39,458 nucleotides of DNA from Lachnospiraceae bacterium (GTDB lineage: Bacteria > Bacillota > Clostridia > Christensenellales > Aristaeellaceae): positions 1-39,458 of the forward strand of contig CAVBFK010000224.1 of the NCBI GenBank assembly GCA_963594395.1, in the 5' to 3' direction. Under the pieces are notes generated by a model. That model was given only the letters and a program-made list of their open reading frames with translations, did not search any database and was not told where the DNA came from. Below, piece by piece: positions 35,183-39,458 of this stretch. Both the position numbers and the translations under genes were made by a program. Position 1 is the first letter of the stretch. Every line of letters starts with the position of its first letter.

Positions 35183-35626
35183 ATGAACAAGATCATTCTG
35201 ATCGGTAACCTGACCCGTGACCCTGAGCTGCGCAACGTTGCAGGCGGCGTTTCCGTGTGTGATTTCACCATTGCGGTGAATGATCGCCGTAGCCGTAACC
35301 AGCAGAATGGCGGCCAGCAGCAGGAAACTGCACAGTTCTTCCGTGTTACCGCTTGGCGTCAGCTGGGCGAGAATTGCGCGAAGTATCTGGCCAAGGGTCG
35401 CAAGGTGTTCGTGTCCGGGCCGCTGAACGCTCGCACTTATCAGGCGAACGACGGTACGACCCGCGTATCTCTGGAAGTCACTGCTGAAGACGTCGAATTC
35501 CTGACCAGCCGCGCTGAAAGCGAAGGCATGGGCTATGCTCCTGCCGCAGCCGCTCCCGTGAGCAGTGCTGTGACCGCTCAGAACGACGGTTTCACTCAGG
35601 TAAACGACGATGATTTGCCATTTTAA
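35183..35626 (+). CDS. ssb: single-stranded DNA-binding protein
   Basis: MNKIILIGNLTRDPELR OB-fold start and the C-terminal acidic tip DDDLPF. Confidence 0.96.
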   Translation: MNKIILIGNLTRDPELRNVAGGVSVCDFTIAVNDRRSRNQQNGGQQQETAQFFRVTAWRQLGENCAKYLAKGRKVFVSGPLNARTYQANDGTTRVSLEVTAEDVEFLTSRAESEGMGYAPAAAAPVSSAVTAQNDGFTQVNDDDLPF

Positions 35627-35658
35627 CGCTTAAGTAAGCTTGAGAGGAGGCCATCCGA

Positions 35659-35916
35659 ATGTCTGAAGAACGTGGTGAAAGAAGGCCGCGCCCCCGCGGA
35701 GGACGTCGTCCCCGTCGTAAGGTGTGCAGCTTCTGTGTGGATAAGGTCGAATACATCGACTACAAGGACATCAACCGTCTGCGTCGTTTCATCAACGAGC
35801 GCGGCAAGATCCTGCCCCGCCGTATGTCCGGCAACTGCGCCAAGCATCAGCGTCAGCTGAGCGAGGCCATCAAGCGCGCACGTGCCATCGCGCTGCTGCC
35901 CTTCACGGTGGATTAA
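35659..35916 (+). CDS. rpsR: 30S ribosomal protein S18
   Basis: [47 protein letters not shown]. Confidence 0.96.
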   Translation: MSEERGERRPRPRGGRRPRRKVCSFCVDKVEYIDYKDINRLRRFINERGKILPRRMSGNCAKHQRQLSEAIKRARAIALLPFTVD

Positions 35917-35935
35917 TCATCCGCATGTGGATCCC

Positions 35936-35964
35936 CCGACAAATTGCCGGGGGGTTTTTTTGTG
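35936..35964 (+). terminator. intrinsic terminator after rpsR
   Basis: cccccg-N9-cggggg followed by seven T residues. Confidence 0.85.
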
Positions 35965-36006
35965 CAAGCATGCGCTGAAATTGAACAGTCTCTGTGTTTT
36001 GCCTAG

Positions 36007-36035
36007 TTGACAGCCTAGGTCGGGCAGATTACAAT
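36007..36035 (+). promoter_or_regulatory. sigma-70-type promoter for the GT2/ThrE genes
   Basis: TTGACA (36007-36012), 17-nt spacer, TACAAT (36030-36035). Confidence 0.7.
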
Positions 36036-36080
36036 GAGCTGATGCTTGAAAGAAATCGCGTACAATGGGGTAGGGGAGTA

Positions 36081-36902
36081 ATGATGGAGCAGCCTTTGGT
36101 CAGCGTGGTGATCCCTGTATGGAATGGGGAAAGCACCATCGTTAGATGTCTGCAAAGTGTGCAGAACCAAACGTGGCAGCAGTTGGAGATTATCGTGGTG
36201 GATGACGGCAGCCGGGATGGCACCGCCGCCCTGCTGGATCAGGAAGCAGAAAAAGATTCGCGTATCCGCGTGATTCATCAGGAAAATGCAGGCGTTTCCA
36301 AGGCCAGAAACTATGGGATCCAGCACTGCAACGGCGTTTATACCCGCTTTGTGGATGCGGATGATGTTCTGCCGGAGGATTCGATTGCGCATCTTGTGCG
36401 CCGTGCTGAGGAAACCCAGGCAGATCTGGTGCTGGCGGCCTACACGGATGTGGTGGGACACGTTCATCGCGACCGCGCCCTGGTGAAAAACGAGGATACC
36501 GTGGAAGACAACGACTTCCTCAAGCATCTGAACCGCAAATCCAACAGTTTTTACTATGGCGTATTGTGGAATAAACTGTTCCGCACGGAGATCATCCGCC
36601 AAAATGGACTGACCTTTGTGTCCGGTCTCAGCTACGGCGAAGATATGGTTTTTGTCTGCAGCTATTTGGAGCATGTAAAACGCTTGACATTTACACAGAA
36701 ATCGGTGTATGAATATATCCGCAATCCCAAGGGGATGACGGCGCATCAGGTGCTGGACAGCCTGCGTCATCCAGTGCGGAACATTGGTGTGAAGTTCCGC
36801 ATTTATGCGGCGCTGAAGCAGCTGTATTGCGTTCGCGGAGCGTATGACGAATATCGACGTACCCTGTGGCTGTATCTGCTTCGCGTAACGGTTGACGAAT
36901 GA
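36081..36902 (+). CDS. glycosyltransferase family 2
   Basis: Start at MMEQPLVSVVIPVWNGESTI. The VDDGSRDGT and FVDADD (DxD) motifs are typical of GT-A family 2. Confidence 0.88.
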   Translation: MMEQPLVSVVIPVWNGESTIVRCLQSVQNQTWQQLEIIVVDDGSRDGTAALLDQEAEKDSRIRVIHQENAGVSKARNYGIQHCNGVYTRFVDADDVLPEDSIAHLVRRAEETQADLVLAAYTDVVGHVHRDRALVKNEDTVEDNDFLKHLNRKSNSFYYGVLWNKLFRTEIIRQNGLTFVSGLSYGEDMVFVCSYLEHVKRLTFTQKSVYEYIRNPKGMTAHQVLDSLRHPVRNIGVKFRIYAALKQLYCVRGAYDEYRRTLWLYLLRVTVDE

Positions 36903-36923
36903 ACCTCTGAGGAGGCATGAGAA

Positions 36924-37691
36924 TTGGCAGATCCGATGGAACTGCTGGAACTGGCAGGCCAGATTATTATGGAAAACGGCGGCGAAACCTTCCGCGTGGA
37001 GGAAACCATCACACGTATGGGGCGCGCCTTTGGACTGCAGAACGTGGAGAGCTTCGCCATCCCCAGCGGCGTGTTTGTCAGCTATCGCCGTGAGGATGGC
37101 ACAACGGAGACGGGCGTGGTGCGCATCCGCCGCAAGGGAACAAACCTGGTTAGCGTGGATGCGGTGAATGCCATCTCCAGAAAGGCAGAGGAAGGCAAAA
37201 TCACTGCCGAGGATGCGCTGAAAGAATTGCAAAATCTGGAGGAGCATCGCCCGCAACTGCCGTCCTGGCTTCTGGTCTTTGGCGCCGCTTTGGTGGGATG
37301 CGGCTTTGCTATGATGTTTGCCGGAAGTCTTCTGGACTGCACGCTGGCTTTCCTGGCGGCCGGCATTGTGCAGACGACATGCAATCTGCTGGATAAGCAC
37401 GGCATGAATGCGTGGTTTACCAGCCTGATCGGCGCTTTTGTCTGCACGCTGATTCCTACGCTGCTGAACATGATCACCGGACTGGGTCAGCTGGATATTA
37501 TTATCGGTGCGGCAGTGATGCCTCTGCTTCCGGGACTGAGCATGACCAATGCAGTGCAGGATATTATGCGCGGCGACATGGTCTCCGGCAGTTCGCACTT
37601 GCTTCACGCCTTGCTGACGGCGGCACTGCTGGCAGGCGGTGCACTGATTGCGGCCGGTCTGTGCCGTACGCTGGGAGGTTTGTGGGCATGA
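36924..37691 (+). CDS. threonine/serine exporter family protein (ThrE N-terminal-type subunit)
   Basis: TTG 36924 lies 8 nt after GAGGAGG (alternative ATG at 36936). LLELAGQIIMENGGETFRVEETITRMG is typical of the family. TM helices follow in the C-terminal half. Confidence 0.8.
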   Translation: MADPMELLELAGQIIMENGGETFRVEETITRMGRAFGLQNVESFAIPSGVFVSYRREDGTTETGVVRIRRKGTNLVSVDAVNAISRKAEEGKITAEDALKELQNLEEHRPQLPSWLLVFGAALVGCGFAMMFAGSLLDCTLAFLAAGIVQTTCNLLDKHGMNAWFTSLIGAFVCTLIPTLLNMITGLGQLDIIIGAAVMPLLPGLSMTNAVQDIMRGDMVSGSSHLLHALLTAALLAGGALIAAGLCRTLGGLWA

Positions 37692-38149
37692 GTGCATCAC
37701 CTTTGCAATCCTTTGTGGGAGCTTTCCTGGCCGCATTGGGCTTCGCTTTCTTGCTCCGTACACCGCGCCGCTGCTGGATTGTGGCCAGCTTGCTGGGCGG
37801 CCTTGGCTATACGCTGTACACCATTTTTCTGTCCTTTGGCTGGAGCGATGCCATGTCCATGTTTACCGGCATGCTGACCAGCGCCCTCATTGCACAATTT
37901 GCCGCGCGAAAGCTGCGCATGATTTCTACTGCATGCACCACCTTGGCCGTGATTCCTGCTGTTCCCGGCCTGGGACTGTACCGTGCCATGTCCCTTCTGA
38001 CACAGGGAAACACGGAAAGCTCGGTTGACGTCGGCGTAACGGCTATGACGGAAATTGTGATGATCGCCCTGGCACTGGGTGTCAGCACGTTTATCACGAG
38101 AAGATTGACGCAGATGATTGCGGCCAGAAAAGCAAAAAGATCCGCATAA
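37688..38149 (+). CDS. threonine/serine exporter family protein (small membrane subunit)
   Basis: ATGA overlap with the upstream stop. It is a 153-aa protein with 4-5 TM helices, the usual partner of the preceding gene. Confidence 0.78.
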   Translation: MSASPLQSFVGAFLAALGFAFLLRTPRRCWIVASLLGGLGYTLYTIFLSFGWSDAMSMFTGMLTSALIAQFAARKLRMISTACTTLAVIPAVPGLGLYRAMSLLTQGNTESSVDVGVTAMTEIVMIALALGVSTFITRRLTQMIAARKAKRSA

Positions 38150-38167
38150 GCGGCGATAAATTTAATG

Positions 38168-38198
38168 GCAGAGGTTGCTAAAACGCCTCTGCTTTTTT
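38168..38198 (+). terminator. intrinsic terminator
   Basis: gcagagg-N11-cctctgc followed by TTTTTT. Confidence 0.85.
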
Positions 38199-38302
38199 GC
38201 AAGAAAGGATCATGTATTTGTGAATCCTTCCTTTTGCTGGCGGATTTGTGACATAGGCGGCCGAAAATCGGCTGAAGATTTACACAGATTTCGCGGAAAA
38301 GC

Positions 38303-38331
38303 TTGTTTATCCCCGCTGAATAAGGTATAAT
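38303..38331 (+). promoter_or_regulatory. sigma-70-type promoter for the last gene
   Basis: TTGTTT (38303-38308), 17-nt spacer, TATAAT (38326-38331). Confidence 0.6.
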
Positions 38332-38374
38332 GGAAAGGACATACAAGAAAAGTATCGCAAAGGAGTAAAGAGCT

Positions 38375-39458
38375 TTGAGCGATTATCGTGATGATCAGCA
38401 AGGGCAGCTTGATGCCCAGAACGTGGACGAACAGGCGACCCGTGTGGTGGAGCCTGTCAGCGAAGGAACGACCGCACGGCCTCACCGCCGCCGTTCTGCC
38501 CGCTATGAGCGGACGGAAGAAGTGCAGGCAGAGGCAACCCAGCCTGTGAATGTGCAGGATGATTTGGCACAGGAGGATGAACCTCGTCCCCAGGCCAAGT
38601 CTACCCGGGTGACGGCTCGGCCGGCCGCACGTACGGCAGATGCAACCGCTCCCCGCGGTGTGCCGCGTCCCGCCAGCCTGGACCGTTCCCGCACCCAGCG
38701 CCCGCAGACGGAGCGCGAGGAAAGCGTCCGCCGTCCTGTGAATGCGCCGGGTTATGACCGCCGCCCGCCGGTGAATGCTAATTATGCCCGTACCGAGCAG
38801 GTGAGTAGCACGGCGCGCCGCCCTGTGGCAAAGCAGCCGGAAGCACCTGTGGTCAATGAGGAAGAACCGAAGCGCAAGCGCCATGGCGTGGTTATCGCAC
38901 TGGTGATTGTTATTGTGGTGCTGGCGCTGGCTGTAATGGGCGTCATGCTGATTCCTGACGATGCAACCGGCACGCTGGGCACCATTAAGTCCACCGTGGG
39001 CAAGCTCTTCGGTCAGGAAACCGTGGTGCCTGCCGCGGCAACGGAACTCTCCGCTGTGAATGCAGAAGGCGTTGCTCCTGTGGACGTGATGTTTAACCTG
39101 ACCACCAACAAGACCACCGCTGATGTACGCCTTGTGGATGAAGAAGGCAAAGAACTGGAGACCGTTACATCCCTGACGGCTGATAACACAGACACCCGCC
39201 TGTGGACCATGACCTTTGCCGTGGAAGACGGCTACGAGGGCATTGTCTCTGTGCAGGTCAGCGACGGCGAAACCTGGACGGATACCGAGCTGAGCCAGGA
39301 GCTGGAGATTGCCGCCGCTCCTGTGGTAACGGAGGCTCCCGTGATTACGGAAGCTCCTGTAGTGACCGAAGAACCTGAAATGACGGAAGAACCTGTTGTG
39401 GAAACGGAAGCTCCCGCAACGGCGACGCCGACCCCTGTGGTAACGGGAACGCCTACCT
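38375..39458 (+). CDS. membrane-anchored hypothetical protein, 3-prime truncated by the window end
   Basis: This gene is not in the ORF track because it has no stop inside the window. I translated it by hand from TTG 38375, 9 nt after AAGGAG 38360-38365. The frame stays open to 39458. It has a roughly 165-aa Arg/Pro/Glu-rich disordered N-terminus, a TM (GVVIALVIVIVVLALAVMGVML), an extracytoplasmic domain, and then an APVVTE-type tandem repeat. Confidence 0.7.
   Translation, partial: MSDYRDDQQGQLDAQNVDEQATRVVEPVSEGTTARPHRRRSARYERTEEVQAEATQPVNVQDDLAQEDEPRPQAKSTRVTARPAARTADATAPRGVPRPASLDRSRTQRPQTEREESVRRPVNAPGYDRRPPVNANYARTEQVSSTARRPVAKQPEAPVVNEEEPKRKRHGVVIALVIVIVVLALAVMGVMLIPDDATGTLGTIKSTVGKLFGQETVVPAAATELSAVNAEGVAPVDVMFNLTTNKTTADVRLVDEEGKELETVTSLTADNTDTRLWTMTFAVEDGYEGIVSVQVSDGETWTDTELSQELEIAAAPVVTEAPVITEAPVVTEEPEMTEEPVVETEAPATATPTPVVTGTPT

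Noticed and set aside
36892-37167. A 91-aa ORF starting near the GT2 stop in a different frame from the ThrE gene, plus an ATG at 36917 just after the SD.
   Set aside because: The TTG at 36924 has the correct 8-nt SD spacing and opens the frame with clear ThrE-family sequence. The alternative frame gives a Trp/Arg/Cys-rich product with no family resemblance.

Overview
This window reads as a mostly housekeeping chromosomal segment from a moderately GC-rich Gram-positive anaerobe, probably Clostridia-like. That guess rests on the T-box leader, Rex, DegV, RNase J, the YlbF-like gene and the Firmicute gene order, and it is inference only. Genes left to right: a T-box-controlled serS, a MATE efflux pump, an AT-rich islet with an orphan acidic protein, degV, an XpaC-like/TelA-like pair, coaE, a lytic transglycosylase overlapping an orphan family-5 solute-binding protein, and an XRE-membrane regulator with a tiny partner gene. 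Next comes the conserved rpsB-tsf-pyrH-frr-uppS-cdsA-dxr-rseP-ispG cluster. After it come an RNase Z-like hydrolase, a secreted hypothetical, a LarA-like protein, RNase J, a YlbF-like protein, mltG, a U32 peptidase, rex, a VanW/G5 protein and an FMN_bind-like secreted protein. The window ends with a convergent ABC exporter pair, rpsF-ssb-rpsR, a GT2 glycosyltransferase, a split ThrE-type exporter pair and a 3-prime-truncated membrane protein with an 18-nt tandem repeat. I saw no CRISPR array, tRNA or rRNA gene, transposase, integrase or obvious defence island, and I cannot point to a convincing novel multi-gene system. The best leads are: (1) the AT-rich islet at 3.5-4.7 kb, where a 31-codon micro-ORF appears translationally coupled to an orphan acidic protein; (2) a structured intergenic repeat family with conserved termini (5694-5751 and 32047-32198), the short copy carrying a G-quadruplex motif; (3) the LarA-like gene, which lacks larBCE and may carry a 49-aa N-terminal extension. 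The many long antisense ORFs in the track are shadow ORFs of GC-rich genes.
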